Source of the DNA: Candidatus Bathyarchaeota archaeon
Lineage (GTDB): Archaea; Thermoproteota; Bathyarchaeia; Bathyarchaeales; Bathycorpusculaceae
Assembly: GCA_963767735.1 (NCBI GenBank)
Contig: CAVYES010000005.1
Span: 128,001 to 192,000, forward strand
Length of the DNA: 64,000 nucleotides
Direction: 5' to 3'
Under the pieces are notes generated by a model that saw only the letters and a list, made by a program, of their open reading frames with translations, did no database searches and was not told where the DNA came from. Below are positions 9,937 through 20,062 of the stretch, one piece after another. Made by a program: the position numbers and the translations under genes. Each line of letters opens with the position of its first letter. The first letter of the stretch is position 1.

Positions 9937-11369
9937 CCATATCTATAGCGAAAGCTACCGTAACCTCTCCTATAACCCGAAACCATAAACTTTCTGTTGA
10001 AGAACTAAAAAGCCTCAACCTACCGCTGATAATCCAAGGCGACACCGTTGCCATCGAAAAAAGCTTAAACGGCTACCGTCTACGAAAACCAGTAACTATA
10101 AAACTCGAAAAAATCTTAGCCGCCCAAGAGAAAGGACTCGTCGACTACATCATACGCAGCTGCATCGAGCATCAACCAGGCATAATTCCCTACATTTTCG
10201 AATATCAAAGCATGCAAAAAATGGCAAGACATTTCCTGCGCCACTGCTCAGCCTCAAAAGCTAGCTGCCTTATGTACTCAACAAAATTAAAAAAATACGC
10301 TGAGTGGCTAGGACACAGCCCCGACACAATAATAGCTGACGTTAAACCCGCTGGTGCCATACCCGACCCGCAACGCGTTCAAATTCACTGCGGCTTTCTA
10401 CTCGATTATCTAGCAGAAGTTCAAGATGCAGGTCTAGAACCCAACGCTGTATGCAACCGCATTAAAGCAGTAAAAACCTTTTACCGAGCAAACGGCGTCA
10501 AAAAAGTTGAACTCGACGAACCATTAAAACGCAAAGTAACCTACAAAGACAGAGCGCCAAAACCCCAAGAAATAGCCACAATGCTTGATAATTCCGCCAC
10601 CCGAGAAGCCTTCATCATCGCAGCCATAGCTACAGGCGGATTCCGTATAGGAACCTTTGTAAAACTCAAATACCGTCACGTGCGCGAGGACTTAGAAGCA
10701 AATCGCATACCTATCCATGTTCATGTCGAAGCAGAAATAACCAAGGGCAAATACCACGACTACGACACGTTCCTTGGCGCTGAAGCTTGCAGCCTACTAA
10801 AAAGCTACATCGGAGAAAGAAAACGAGGCAACAGGTATTTCCCGCCCGAGCAGCTAACAGACGAATCCCCACTTATCCGTAACAGCCGCATAGCAGACAA
10901 GGTCTTAGGCGTTACCGAAAAAGCCGTACGAGACATAATACACGAACTTGTAGTCGGCGAAAAAATCGCACAGAAACTACCTAACAGCTGGATGTATAGC
11001 GTAAGAGTTCATAGCCTACGCAAATTCTTCCGAAGCCAAATGAGCATCGCAAAGATTGACCCCGAATTAGTTGAATACATGATGGGACACACTATCGACA
11101 CATACACCGACGTCCAAAGCTTAGGAATCGAGACTTTAAGAAATCTCTACTCAACCTCTGGGATAGCAATAAGATCAAAAACCGAAGTAAACCGCATTGA
11201 CCAGCTAAAGGAGATCATACGCTCATGGGGCGGAAACCCAGAAGAAATACTTACCAAAGACGCAATGTTTAGAGGAAACATCACTGAAGCATCAGACCAG
11301 ACCCAGAATCATCAGCTATCATTACTTGCTGAGCAACTTAAACAGCTTATCCGCAAGGAGGTTACCTAA
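9933..11369 (+). CDS. Tyrosine recombinase/integrase
   Basis: TGGFR, ITKGK, HSLRK, MMGH and TY give the R-K-H-R-H-Y catalytic set. Confidence 0.92.
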   Translation: MTISIAKATVTSPITRNHKLSVEELKSLNLPLIIQGDTVAIEKSLNGYRLRKPVTIKLEKILAAQEKGLVDYIIRSCIEHQPGIIPYIFEYQSMQKMARHFLRHCSASKASCLMYSTKLKKYAEWLGHSPDTIIADVKPAGAIPDPQRVQIHCGFLLDYLAEVQDAGLEPNAVCNRIKAVKTFYRANGVKKVELDEPLKRKVTYKDRAPKPQEIATMLDNSATREAFIIAAIATGGFRIGTFVKLKYRHVREDLEANRIPIHVHVEAEITKGKYHDYDTFLGAEACSLLKSYIGERKRGNRYFPPEQLTDESPLIRNSRIADKVLGVTEKAVRDIIHELVVGEKIAQKLPNSWMYSVRVHSLRKFFRSQMSIAKIDPELVEYMMGHTIDTYTDVQSLGIETLRNLYSTSGIAIRSKTEVNRIDQLKEIIRSWGGNPEEILTKDAMFRGNITEASDQTQNHQLSLLAEQLKQLIRKEVT

Positions 11370-11413
11370 AATAACGCTAAAGATGTGGTACCTTTTAACG
11401 TGTGCACGACTGG

Positions 11414-11431
11414 AACCCAGCGGCCTCACCA
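11414..11431 (+). mobile_element. Possible att remnant resembling a tRNA 3' end
   Basis: AACCCAGCGGCCTCACCA ~45 bp after the integrase stop; resembles archaeal tRNA-Pro-type ends (...CCCGGCGGCCCCACCA). Partner site not in window. Confidence 0.4.
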
Positions 11432-11462
11432 CTTACCTAAATCTTGGAGAGTTTTGAAGGGC

Positions 11463-12152
11463 TTACTTGTCAGATAGTTCTGGGATCTGCTCAGTCAACA
11501 TAACCCAGTTTGCGGAAACGCTCTTTCTTATTAGTGGCTTGACCATAGTGAAAACTGGCGGAGGCATTATCGACATAAATAATCTTGTAACTTTCACTTG
11601 GTCATCAGGGTCGAGTAGAGGTAATAGCCATTGAAACTGAGTAGGGATCCGTTCTGGAGGTGTTTTACTTGCCATGTTCCTAACAATTGAGACTTGCTCG
11701 TCGTCTGTTGTTCGTTCTCCGAGAATTGGATATAAATGTGCGTCTTCCTTGTCTAAATGAATTCGCAGATGCGAGTTTAAAACGGCTGTTGCTCTAACTG
11801 CCGTTAAAGGATCAGGTGCTTTGCGGATTGCTTCTAACCCCTGAACCATGTTGTCAAGTTCACGGTGATCTATGATGTAGGCTTTGGCTACAAGAGGCGC
11901 GATGTTGTCGACAGCTGGGAAAACCGCTGCCTCCTCACCTCTTGCGTGATAATCCAAGATTTCGGTCACGATTTGGAGTCGATCAAAAATGGGCGCCAAG
12001 TCTCCACCCTCACGTGCTATGTTAAGCATTGAGGTGTCGATTTGGGACATGTCTAGACGAAATGCATTATGAAAACAACGAACTATGTCTATAGGTCTTA
12101 ACAAAAAAATCTTCTCTAACATCATTTTGTGTTTGGGTTCGACAGAAATCAT
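11463..12152 (-). CDS. Hemerythrin-domain protein
   Basis: FHNAFR, YHARGEE, DHRELD, IHLDKED HHE motifs. Confidence 0.85.
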   Translation of the reverse strand: MISVEPKHKMMLEKIFLLRPIDIVRCFHNAFRLDMSQIDTSMLNIAREGGDLAPIFDRLQIVTEILDYHARGEEAAVFPAVDNIAPLVAKAYIIDHRELDNMVQGLEAIRKAPDPLTAVRATAVLNSHLRIHLDKEDAHLYPILGERTTDDEQVSIVRNMASKTPPERIPTQFQWLLPLLDPDDQVKVTRLFMSIMPPPVFTMVKPLIRKSVSANWVMLTEQIPELSDK

Positions 12153-12586
12153 TAGTTTGAAGCGGGTTTACTCCCTCTATAAACCAATGACGCTATAATG
12201 AGAGTTACGATTAGTACAGCAGTGAAGAGGTATTCGAGGGTGTTAATTGCAGGAGGGGTTGGTACCGAGAAGAAGGAACCGGTTCGATCTATCGAAATGA
12301 TCAGGAAGAAGAGGACCACGCTGATGATCGCCAGACTCGAAGCTAATCTAACTCTGGCTCTCTTGAAGAGAAGGAGGACGATTGACGTCAGATCCAATGC
12401 GAGACCAACAAAAATAGTAGTAATCGCGATGTAGCCGAGCATCTTCAAGGCGGATATCGGGCGAGTCTCAAAGCCAATTGGAGTTAAGAGGATGATTATC
12501 ACGACGTTCACAATCATCACTATGGCAAGTATAATGGCGTTTTTGGAGAGTTTTGTTCCTGTTCCTTTGGAAATGTTTGAGATCAT
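12152..12586 (-). CDS. 4-TM membrane protein
   Basis: Four hydrophobic segments; coupled to the hemerythrin gene. Confidence 0.65.
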   Translation of the reverse strand: MISNISKGTGTKLSKNAIILAIVMIVNVVIIILLTPIGFETRPISALKMLGYIAITTIFVGLALDLTSIVLLLFKRARVRLASSLAIISVVLFFLIISIDRTGSFFSVPTPPAINTLEYLFTAVLIVTLIIASLVYRGSKPASN

Positions 12587-12786
12587 GATTTAACCTTCAA
12601 TAGGATAAAATTTTGTTAGAAAAATTTTTCTCTACCCGATTTTCGGGTTTATCTGTTTTTCTTCTTAAACTGTGCCTTTATATAAAGATTGCTTATTCAC
12701 AGGGAATTCAGATAGCGCGATGGTATGAGTCCTCGCTGGCCAGAGTCTTATTTCAGCTTTTTCGCATAATTTGTACAAGATTTGAA

Positions 12787-12810
12787 GCTGCCCGTCCCCA
12801 TACCCAAAAG
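12787..12810 (+). repeat. 24-bp dispersed direct repeat, copy 1
   Basis: GCTGCCCGTCCCCATACCCAAAAG; 22/24 identical to 19832-19855. Confidence 0.7.
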
Positions 12811-12944
12811 GGTTCAAAACCTTTACAAATAATAATAATTTTCTCTTCTCAAATAAGAAGCGAACAGGAGAGAAGATTGATGAATCGGGCAATAGAGATT
12901 CTAAGAATTATTAGGAATATACAAAGTAAAATCAAAGTTTCTTG

Positions 12945-13748
12945 TTAAACGATGCGCGTCATTTCTCTAGTAATATCGGTAATATTGCCCCGACTATACC
13001 GCATTATCTGTATGTTCTTTCCGTTAAGCTCTGCATAAGTGTTAAACGTTTCTTCGTCTTTGACCCACGATCCCGTATTCACCAAGTTTTGAGTGGGGCT
13101 AACGAATGGTCTATGAGTGTGACCGAAAACTAGCAGTTGCCTATCTTGTACACTCTGAGCTGCTTTTTGTTCGACCTCGCCAAAAGTGGTGGATAACCTA
13201 ACTTTTGGTGGTGTAAGCAAATGTTGCACGTAATTTTCTTTTGTAGAATGCAGTATTTCAATGAGGTACTTTATGGGCTCCAAAGTTTGACCGGCTGAAA
13301 CAAGCCTGTCCCATATGTCAGACCTTACCTGTCCGACTTCATCAGTTGTGGTGTCGCATAGTAATTCCATAATGGGTGGCCATTGATCAGAATCGAATTC
13401 ATATCCATGTTTAAACACGTAGGTGACATCTTTTCCTTGCAATGTAAGGTCCCGTTTAAATTCGAGAGGGTATTTATGGTCAACTAATTTTAGCAGATGA
13501 TAATCATGGTTGCCTGCAACGTAGTAGAGTGTCTTTTTCTGTTGCAGTGTAAGAAGAGATTGCAAGATTTGATGGTTTTCAAGAAATAGACCGATTATGT
13601 CTCTTCGCCACATGTCGATGAAGTCGCCCAAGATCACCAATGTATCAACGTCAGCTCTATCAATCGCAGTTTGAAGGAACGCATCAAACTCATCAACGTT
13701 TGACTGCGAATAGCCTAAATGAACATCAGAAACTACCAAGATTACCAT
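12945..13748 (-). CDS. Calcineurin-like metallophosphoesterase (LpxH-like)
   Basis: SDVHLG, LGDFID, AGNHD, HG, GHTH, NTGSW. Confidence 0.9.
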   Translation of the reverse strand: MVILVVSDVHLGYSQSNVDEFDAFLQTAIDRADVDTLVILGDFIDMWRRDIIGLFLENHQILQSLLTLQQKKTLYYVAGNHDYHLLKLVDHKYPLEFKRDLTLQGKDVTYVFKHGYEFDSDQWPPIMELLCDTTTDEVGQVRSDIWDRLVSAGQTLEPIKYLIEILHSTKENYVQHLLTPPKVRLSTTFGEVEQKAAQSVQDRQLLVFGHTHRPFVSPTQNLVNTGSWVKDEETFNTYAELNGKNIQIMRYSRGNITDITREMTRIV

Positions 13749-13991
13749 GTTGATCGCTATACATATTATAGACAGCAGTTAAGGTACTGTTCGTTTGGTT
13801 TAATAAGCATTAAGAAAACATGTCACAAAGAGTTCTTCGTTAAATCAGGCGAAGTAAAGGTACATCTGAATTCCGAAGATGCAACCTGAAATTTCAGTTC
13901 CAAAAGACACCTATTAGCTCCCATTAAAGGCGCATATACTAAAAAGCTAAGTGCTTGCTCTCATTTACTAAAGTTTGAGTGAGGCACCAAA

Positions 13992-14501
13992 ATGATCTCA
14001 ACCTTTGAACTAATTATAGGTGTTGCCGTCGGCGTCACCGTAACGATTCTAATTGAAGAGGGCATTTACCGCGTTATCAAGCGTTCAGCAAAGGCTGCAA
14101 AAACAAACCCTACCGTAATTCGTGATATTAGAGTGGCATTCCGAGTAATCGCAGTTCTTGCAATCGTTACAGTGATTCTTTCACTGACGGGTCTTGCATC
14201 GGAGTTTACTGAAATTACGATATCCGGAATCGGTGCTCTTGCCGTTTCGCTCGCTTTACAGAATACCCTATCCAACATCATCTCAGGTATACTCCTATTC
14301 CAGGACGGTGTAATTCACCTAAATGACACGGTAGAGTTTGGCAGCATTAAAGGTAAGGTCGTACGCCTCGCCCTGAGAAACACTTGGATCAAAATGGATT
14401 CGGGCAAGATTGCCGTTATCAGCAATTCTCAGCTCTCAGGCGGTCCTCTCATCAACCACTCTGCTACCGAACGCTTATTAAAAAAATATGCAATCGAGTG
14501 A
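13992..14501 (+). CDS. Short MscS-family mechanosensitive channel protein
   Basis: LAVSLALQNTLSNIISGILL, GKVVRLALRNT, ISNSQL. Confidence 0.85.
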   Translation: MISTFELIIGVAVGVTVTILIEEGIYRVIKRSAKAAKTNPTVIRDIRVAFRVIAVLAIVTVILSLTGLASEFTEITISGIGALAVSLALQNTLSNIISGILLFQDGVIHLNDTVEFGSIKGKVVRLALRNTWIKMDSGKIAVISNSQLSGGPLINHSATERLLKKYAIE

Positions 14502-14567
14502 ACGCGACGCTGCGAAAAAATCTGCCCTATAGCTTTCTCCAAATCGTGCTATGTCGAAAAATTGGGC

Positions 14568-15320
14568 TTATGTTGGGCTGTAAGATTTTCCTTTGTCCCA
14601 ATAGTAAAGGAAAAGTTCCCTTGCCCAATTTACGAACGTTTGGTCTTTGCCGTAGAAAGCAGCGTAGTCCATCCTTCCTTCTGTTGAAGGAAAACATATT
14701 TCAGCTTCTTTTTCAGTGCAAACTATTGATATTGGGACGTCGGTGAGAGTTCTGATTTCAGCTTGTGGAGCTTCTCCAGGAACATGATTGAAGTTGGGAA
14801 GCAAGGGGTCGTAGCCCATGAACTTGAATTTGACTCCTTTGGAGATGGGTCTCGACATCGCGGGACCTAACGATTCTAGGCGTTTTTCGCCCATCGCCCA
14901 CGCATACTTCTCAGCTTCGCTAAATATCTGCTCTGCCCTGTTCACGTTCTCAATCGTGTCCATGCAAAGTGCGCTTCTCGAAAGCTCGCCTAATCTGTTG
15001 ACAAACTGGTACGGGAGTCGCCAAACGTCGTGATTTAGAAAGTACTCTTTATACTCGAAGGTAAATTCGAGTGATTGAAGAAGACACAGGGTTATTTTTC
15101 CGTAGTTTGTAATTGTGTATGTTCCATCAGGAAGTCTCTGAATTAAGAGTGCTTGAGTTAGGTTTTGTAGCTGTCTGAAAGCTTCAGTGGCTGTTAACCC
15201 CAATTTTCCGCCCAACTCGTTGTTCTTAAGATTCTGTTCTTTTAGCTCGCGTATTATGCCGATTCTGCTTTCACTTGCAAGCTCAAAAAACAATTTTTCT
15301 ATTCCGTCAGTTTTTTCCAA
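14568..15320 (-). CDS. wHTH transcriptional regulator (ArsR/DUF1724-type)
   Basis: ELASESRIGII...EAFRQLQNL; C-terminal WARELFLYYW. Confidence 0.8.
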   Translation of the reverse strand: MEKTDGIEKLFFELASESRIGIIRELKEQNLKNNELGGKLGLTATEAFRQLQNLTQALLIQRLPDGTYTITNYGKITLCLLQSLEFTFEYKEYFLNHDVWRLPYQFVNRLGELSRSALCMDTIENVNRAEQIFSEAEKYAWAMGEKRLESLGPAMSRPISKGVKFKFMGYDPLLPNFNHVPGEAPQAEIRTLTDVPISIVCTEKEAEICFPSTEGRMDYAAFYGKDQTFVNWARELFLYYWDKGKSYSPT

Positions 15321-15429
15321 ACTGCATCACCGTATGGTTACGCGTACACATTGTTGTATACGAGTACACATGCTCGTCAAATAAGACTAATGGGGATTGC
15401 AACCTATTTGCTTTTTGAAGGAAATAAAA

Positions 15430-15717
15430 ATGACAGATGAAAGCAAACCGGTGGAAAAAGATCGCTCTTTCTCGATTGAACTAAAATCAAAAGTCAACCT
15501 CAAGAACATAACCCTGAACGACGATTCCCGGGAAAACGCTGTCATCGAAGGAACGATAGGCAAACTGGAACACGCTGGATTCGTCGAGGACATGGTTTTG
15601 GAAGTTCGAGGCAAAAAAGGCGTTTTGAGAATTGACATTAACGAAGACGAAATAAAAAGAAAAGGAAAAGGAACGAACGCTCAAGATAATTCTGCACAAA
15701 AGGAGGAGGTGAATTAA
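15430..15717 (+). CDS. Hypothetical protein
   Basis: SFSIELKSK...IEGTIG...GVLRIDI; first gene of an apparent operon. Confidence 0.6.
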   Translation: MTDESKPVEKDRSFSIELKSKVNLKNITLNDDSRENAVIEGTIGKLEHAGFVEDMVLEVRGKKGVLRIDINEDEIKRKGKGTNAQDNSAQKEEVN

Positions 15718-15720
15718 ACA

Positions 15721-16512
15721 ATGGAGAGAATGTTGGTTGTAGTTTTTGAGAACGAACTAAAAGCATATGACGGATCTAGAACACTAAAGGCGCTTGATGC
15801 AGAAGGAAGCATTTCTGTTCACGCCGAAGCTGTGATAAAGAAAAATGATGATGGCACGGTTACCATAAAGCAGGCGGGAGACGAATTTCCGATTCGTACA
15901 CTCGGCGGAACAACAATCGGTGCTTTGATCGGACTTCTAGGAGGACCAATCGGATTAGCTGTTGGGGCCGTGGCTGGGACTTTTGCCGGAGGCGCCTGGG
16001 ATATAAATCGGGCTGGAGTCAACGCAGATTTCTTAGACGAGGTGTCGGCAAAACTTACGCCTGGCAAATGGGCGATAGTTTCAGAAATCAGCGAAGACTG
16101 GGTCACTCCAGTTGATACCCAAATGGAAGCGCTTGGCGGCACCGTATTTCGCACAGCGCGGAGAAGTGTTGAACACGAACAATACGCCAAAGATGTGGCA
16201 GCTATCAAAGCGGACATTGCCCAGTTGAAGGCAGAACAAGCTAAGTCGCGGGCAGACCAAAAGGCCAAGCTTCAGACCAAGATCGACAACTTGAATAAGA
16301 AATTGAATGCAAAGTTAGAGCAAGCTAAGCAGACGTCGGAGCAGCAAAAAAAAGAAGCCAAGGCTAAAGTGAATGCTTTAGAAAAGAAAGCGGCAAAAGC
16401 GAAAGGTGAAGCAAAGGCGAAAATTGAAGCAAGAATCGCCGACATCAAAGAGAGCGAAAAAAAATCCTCGGAAGACTTTAACAAATGGCTAAACGGGGAA
16501 GAACTCACATGA
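15721..16512 (+). CDS. DUF1269-family membrane protein with coiled-coil tail
   Basis: Gly-rich GALIGLLGGPIGLAVGA segment and AKA-rich coiled coil; GGAGG upstream. Confidence 0.8.
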   Translation: MERMLVVVFENELKAYDGSRTLKALDAEGSISVHAEAVIKKNDDGTVTIKQAGDEFPIRTLGGTTIGALIGLLGGPIGLAVGAVAGTFAGGAWDINRAGVNADFLDEVSAKLTPGKWAIVSEISEDWVTPVDTQMEALGGTVFRTARRSVEHEQYAKDVAAIKADIAQLKAEQAKSRADQKAKLQTKIDNLNKKLNAKLEQAKQTSEQQKKEAKAKVNALEKKAAKAKGEAKAKIEARIADIKESEKKSSEDFNKWLNGEELT

Positions 16513-17093
16513 ACATTTTGAAACAGCCGAGTTGGCTACGAGGACTAGAGATACTGGCTGGCTTGTTCGCTATGGTGGTTGGCGTTATGGTGTTCGCATT
16601 TCCAGGCTGGGGTGTCTCGACTCTCGTTTTTTTACTTTCAATTGGCCTAATTATCGTTGGAATCCGATCAATCTCTCTTGTGGGCTACAGTGGTCTTCCA
16701 CGGGGTCTGAGAGCTGTTAGCACAATATCAGGAATTATATCTCTTATACTTGCGGGGGCAGTGCTTATCTTTCCGAGCTATGGCGTTCTGACCTTGATGG
16801 TATTTGTATCGTTTGGGTTGCTTATATACGGAGTCAGCAGGATATTTTTGGCTTATTCGCTGAAATCGACAATCAGTGGACTCAGAGATTTGATTGTGGC
16901 TGTTGGTGCAATTGATGTCATTCTATCAGTTCTTGTGCTTGTTCTCCCTAGCCTCGCGTTGCTAACGTTTGCAGTTATCCTTGCACTGGCGTTGCTAGTA
17001 AGTGGTGCAGAAATGATTGTTTCAGGAGCAATTGGTCGCACGTGGCTTGGAGAGATGGTGAAAGCCATAAGAGAAGAGATGGGTGAAGGATAA
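16509..17093 (+). CDS. HdeD/DUF308 family membrane protein
   Basis: Six TM segments in repeated DUF308-like pattern. Confidence 0.75.
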   Translation: MNILKQPSWLRGLEILAGLFAMVVGVMVFAFPGWGVSTLVFLLSIGLIIVGIRSISLVGYSGLPRGLRAVSTISGIISLILAGAVLIFPSYGVLTLMVFVSFGLLIYGVSRIFLAYSLKSTISGLRDLIVAVGAIDVILSVLVLVLPSLALLTFAVILALALLVSGAEMIVSGAIGRTWLGEMVKAIREEMGEG

Positions 17094-17173
17094 ATGTTGA
17101 ACTTCAGTCGTGAGCAGGCAATAAGGTCGCCCATACAATTACCTATATCAAAAATAAGGGAGGTGAAATAAGT

Positions 17174-17665
17174 TTGACTGATATGGTCGTACTTGCTTTT
17201 GATAGTGAAGGTGGAGCAGACATGGGAAGGGAAAGGCTGGTAGAATTAAACAATGATTACCAGCTTAACCTCGTTAATGCGGTTGAAGTTGTCAGGCACA
17301 GAGATGGCAAAATCAAAATAAAGGATATTCGCAGTCTAACAGGCATCGGAGCATTAGGCGGAGCTTTCTGGGGAACACTTTTCGGTCTCCTATTCTTCGT
17401 TCCCGCCCTCGGACTCGCCGTCGGAGCAGTCTCAGGCGCCATCGCAGGCCACTTTGCCCACTTCGGGGTCAGCAAAGAATATTTGAAGCAGATAGAAACC
17501 TCAGTGGTACCAGGAACCTCAGCCCTTGCAATCCTAGCCTCAGACGTTACCGTTGACAAGGTCGTTGAGAAGCTTAGCCCACTGCATCCAAAAATTATTC
17601 GCAGTTCACTATCAACTGAACAAGAAGCAAAACTAAACGAAGCCTTCGGCTCAATCACAAAGTAA
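17174..17665 (+). CDS. DUF1269-family protein
   Basis: GALGGAFWGTLFGLLFFVP...PGTSAL...SSLSTEQEAKL. Confidence 0.85.
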   Translation: MTDMVVLAFDSEGGADMGRERLVELNNDYQLNLVNAVEVVRHRDGKIKIKDIRSLTGIGALGGAFWGTLFGLLFFVPALGLAVGAVSGAIAGHFAHFGVSKEYLKQIETSVVPGTSALAILASDVTVDKVVEKLSPLHPKIIRSSLSTEQEAKLNEAFGSITK

Positions 17666-17758
17666 CACCCTAAATAAATCTAAACACCCAAGAAATCGAA
17701 CTTCTTGGATCCCCCTTTTCTTTGAAGTTAAACGTAAGAAGAAATCGGCATTGGAGTA

Positions 17759-18445
17759 GTGCTTATGTATACACGAGTTTCAAGCCAAAATAAAATAATC
17801 AATAACTATATTCAGAAAGTGTATCTCTGGCTGTTTGGAGGCATGTTAATAACTGGTATTACAGCTTATTTGGTTTCGTTGGACCCAGACATTTACAATG
17901 CGATATTAGGTAATGACTTTTTCTTTTATGGAATAATAATTGCCCAGTTTGTAGCTATCATTACCATTTCTGCTTTTATAAAGAGAATACCTGATAGTCT
18001 GGCGGAAATAACATTTGGATTGTATTGCTTTCTCTCAGGGCTTACCCTTTCAATAATTTTCTTAGCTTTTTCAATAACCTCCATAGCCTACGTAGTTTTA
18101 ATTACCGCCGCTATGTTCGGCTTCATGAGTCTTTACGGGTATGTAACAAAAACAGATCTTACCTCATTAGGTAGCATTTTAACAATGTGTCTAGTTGGGA
18201 TTATTTTAGCATTAATCGTTAATTTGTTTATTATGAATTCGCTTCTTGACACTATACTCAGTGTTTTGGGAGTCCTCGTTTTTTCTGGGTTTGCGGCACA
18301 TGACACACAAAACATCAAGAATACTCTGATTTATGGTGATGGCGATCTTATAAAAAAAGAAATATTGGGAGCCCTAAATCTCTATTTGGATTTCGTGAAT
18401 CTCTTCTTGGACCTCCTCGATTTATTTGGAAAACGGAGAGATTAA
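17759..18445 (+). CDS. Bax inhibitor-1/YccA family protein
   Basis: KVYLW, AHDTQNIK, GALNLYLDFVNLFL. Confidence 0.9.
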   Translation: MLMYTRVSSQNKIINNYIQKVYLWLFGGMLITGITAYLVSLDPDIYNAILGNDFFFYGIIIAQFVAIITISAFIKRIPDSLAEITFGLYCFLSGLTLSIIFLAFSITSIAYVVLITAAMFGFMSLYGYVTKTDLTSLGSILTMCLVGIILALIVNLFIMNSLLDTILSVLGVLVFSGFAAHDTQNIKNTLIYGDGDLIKKEILGALNLYLDFVNLFLDLLDLFGKRRD

Positions 18446-18452
18446 TCTATTC

Positions 18453-18495
18453 TCGAGAAGAAGAAACTGCTTATTTAAGATGGTTTTCTTCTCGA
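18453..18495. terminator. Long hairpin after the BI-1 gene
   Basis: TCGAGAAGAA...TTCTTCTCGA 10-bp arms; function inferred from position only. Confidence 0.4.
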
Positions 18496-18700
18496 TTCAC
18501 CTAGTGGGACAATAGACATAGCAATTTAAAAACAACCGTTTCCCATACAAACTTCCATAATTAACGGCTTCGCTCTTGGATTCGTTTTGCAAAGGAAACT
18601 TTTTAAACATTTTGACCTAATTTTCGGAACAGCCACGCGCCACGATACTTTCTGAAAGTAGTAAATGGGATTAATTTGATAACCTCTGCTTTGTCGAGTA

Positions 18701-18871
18701 TCATACAAATATTCCTGCAATAATAATAGCTATCCCAAGAACAGTCCTTGCGTATCTTTCTTCGTCGAACCAAGCGTTATGATGCTGCCCACCTTTTACA
18801 AGTATGCTCCCGATTCCGTCAGCTACTATTGCTATTCCTGAAGCCATAAAGAAATAATTAAAGTAGTTCAT
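18701..18871 (-). CDS. Small 2-TM protein (56 aa, missing from ORF track)
   Basis: MNYFNYFFMASGIAIVADGIGSILVKGGQHHNAWFDEERYARTVLGIAIIIAGIFV*; AGGTGG upstream. Confidence 0.55.
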   Translation of the reverse strand: MNYFNYFFMASGIAIVADGIGSILVKGGQHHNAWFDEERYARTVLGIAIIIAGIFV

Positions 18872-19107
18872 ATAAGCCACCTACCTGCATGACTAAGTTT
18901 TCATATACTACTCTATCGCAAATACACTTCTTATGGTTAGTTGCTATTTTTCTCTTTTTTTTGCGAACCGATAAGCTTACATTTAATCCTTGTTCGCTTA
19001 AGGTCCTCCAAAAATTTACCCCATAGAGAAGAAGCCAGAATATGAAAGAGTGTGTATTTGCTCTGATCTAAACACCAAAGACAAATGAATAATCAACCAA
19101 ATTCAGG

Positions 19108-19644
19108 TTACTTTTTCTTGTTTGTTTTCTCTTCTTTTCTCTTTTCTAATTCTCTTTTTATATTTTCTTCATTGACGAATTCATCTAAAAATTGTTTGAG
19201 GTTTTCATGCAGCTTTTTTGCTGGTTCTCTAAACTTTTCTGTTGTTTCTGAACTCGGCTGGAAAAAGCCATATTCCGTTAGATAAAAGTTAACGCTTGAA
19301 TAATCGCCTGCCAAAGCTGAGTCAATGGTTTTTTTGCCCATTTCACGGCAAGCCCAATATCTGTGGTGGCCATCCAAAACAGCATAAAGATCTATTCGGG
19401 GATGTTTAACAACAACTATGGGATTTATTTTTTCGTTGTTTGCTATCTTTTTCTTATAGAATTCTACCCCTTCCCTTGAAACCTTTGTATCAGCAACAAT
19501 TTTCTCAATAGGTAATGGCCGTGCATATTTGCTTGGGTTAATAAAAACGTCTGGATTAATTTCAGGCTTTATTTTTGTAAGACCAAGAATATCTTTTTTG
19601 ATTGAAGTCCAAAGATTCTTTGAAATCTGGCGGAAACTCATCAT
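19108..19644 (-). CDS. ParB/Srx N-terminal domain protein
   Basis: NPIVVVKHP...YAVLDGHHRYWA. Confidence 0.8.
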   Translation of the reverse strand: MMSFRQISKNLWTSIKKDILGLTKIKPEINPDVFINPSKYARPLPIEKIVADTKVSREGVEFYKKKIANNEKINPIVVVKHPRIDLYAVLDGHHRYWACREMGKKTIDSALAGDYSSVNFYLTEYGFFQPSSETTEKFREPAKKLHENLKQFLDEFVNEENIKRELEKRKEEKTNKKK

Positions 19645-19831
19645 GCTTATTTGTCATGCTGGATAATTAATTTTTTCTATAGTCTGTAGCGCGGTGCATA
19701 AGGATCGCATTTATTTGCTTCGAGCGGAGCAATCCTTCCTCTTGGGTTCAATTTTCCCTGGCGGACCTGAACATTGCCTTGTCAAATATCTTTGGTACTT
19801 GAACCCGAAGCGATTTGGAACCTTGAATGGG

Positions 19832-19855
19832 GCTGCCCGTCCCCAAACCCGAAAG
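19832..19855 (+). repeat. 24-bp dispersed direct repeat, copy 2
   Basis: GCTGCCCGTCCCCAAACCCGAAAG. Confidence 0.7.
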
Positions 19856-20062
19856 AGACTGTGTGAAAAGTCAAATTTGTTTTAAAAAATTGCGTCTTAT
19901 ATGTTGAAAAAGTTCCTAAAGCCATTCCATTTGCGTGTAAATATAGCAGCTTTCTGAAATTGAAATTAGTTTTCACTCACCTATGTGAAGTCTCTTATTT
20001 AGCTTACCTTTTCCATGTTTCGCTTCCACTTAATTCCCCACTTTTCACTTCAGTCGATTGAG

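Noticed and set aside
20048-20056. Alternative IS right end at an internal GACTGA matching the left flank
   Set aside because: No inverted repeat there; the 19980 end gives the canonical 7/3-nt IR spacing and explains the donor-loop guides.
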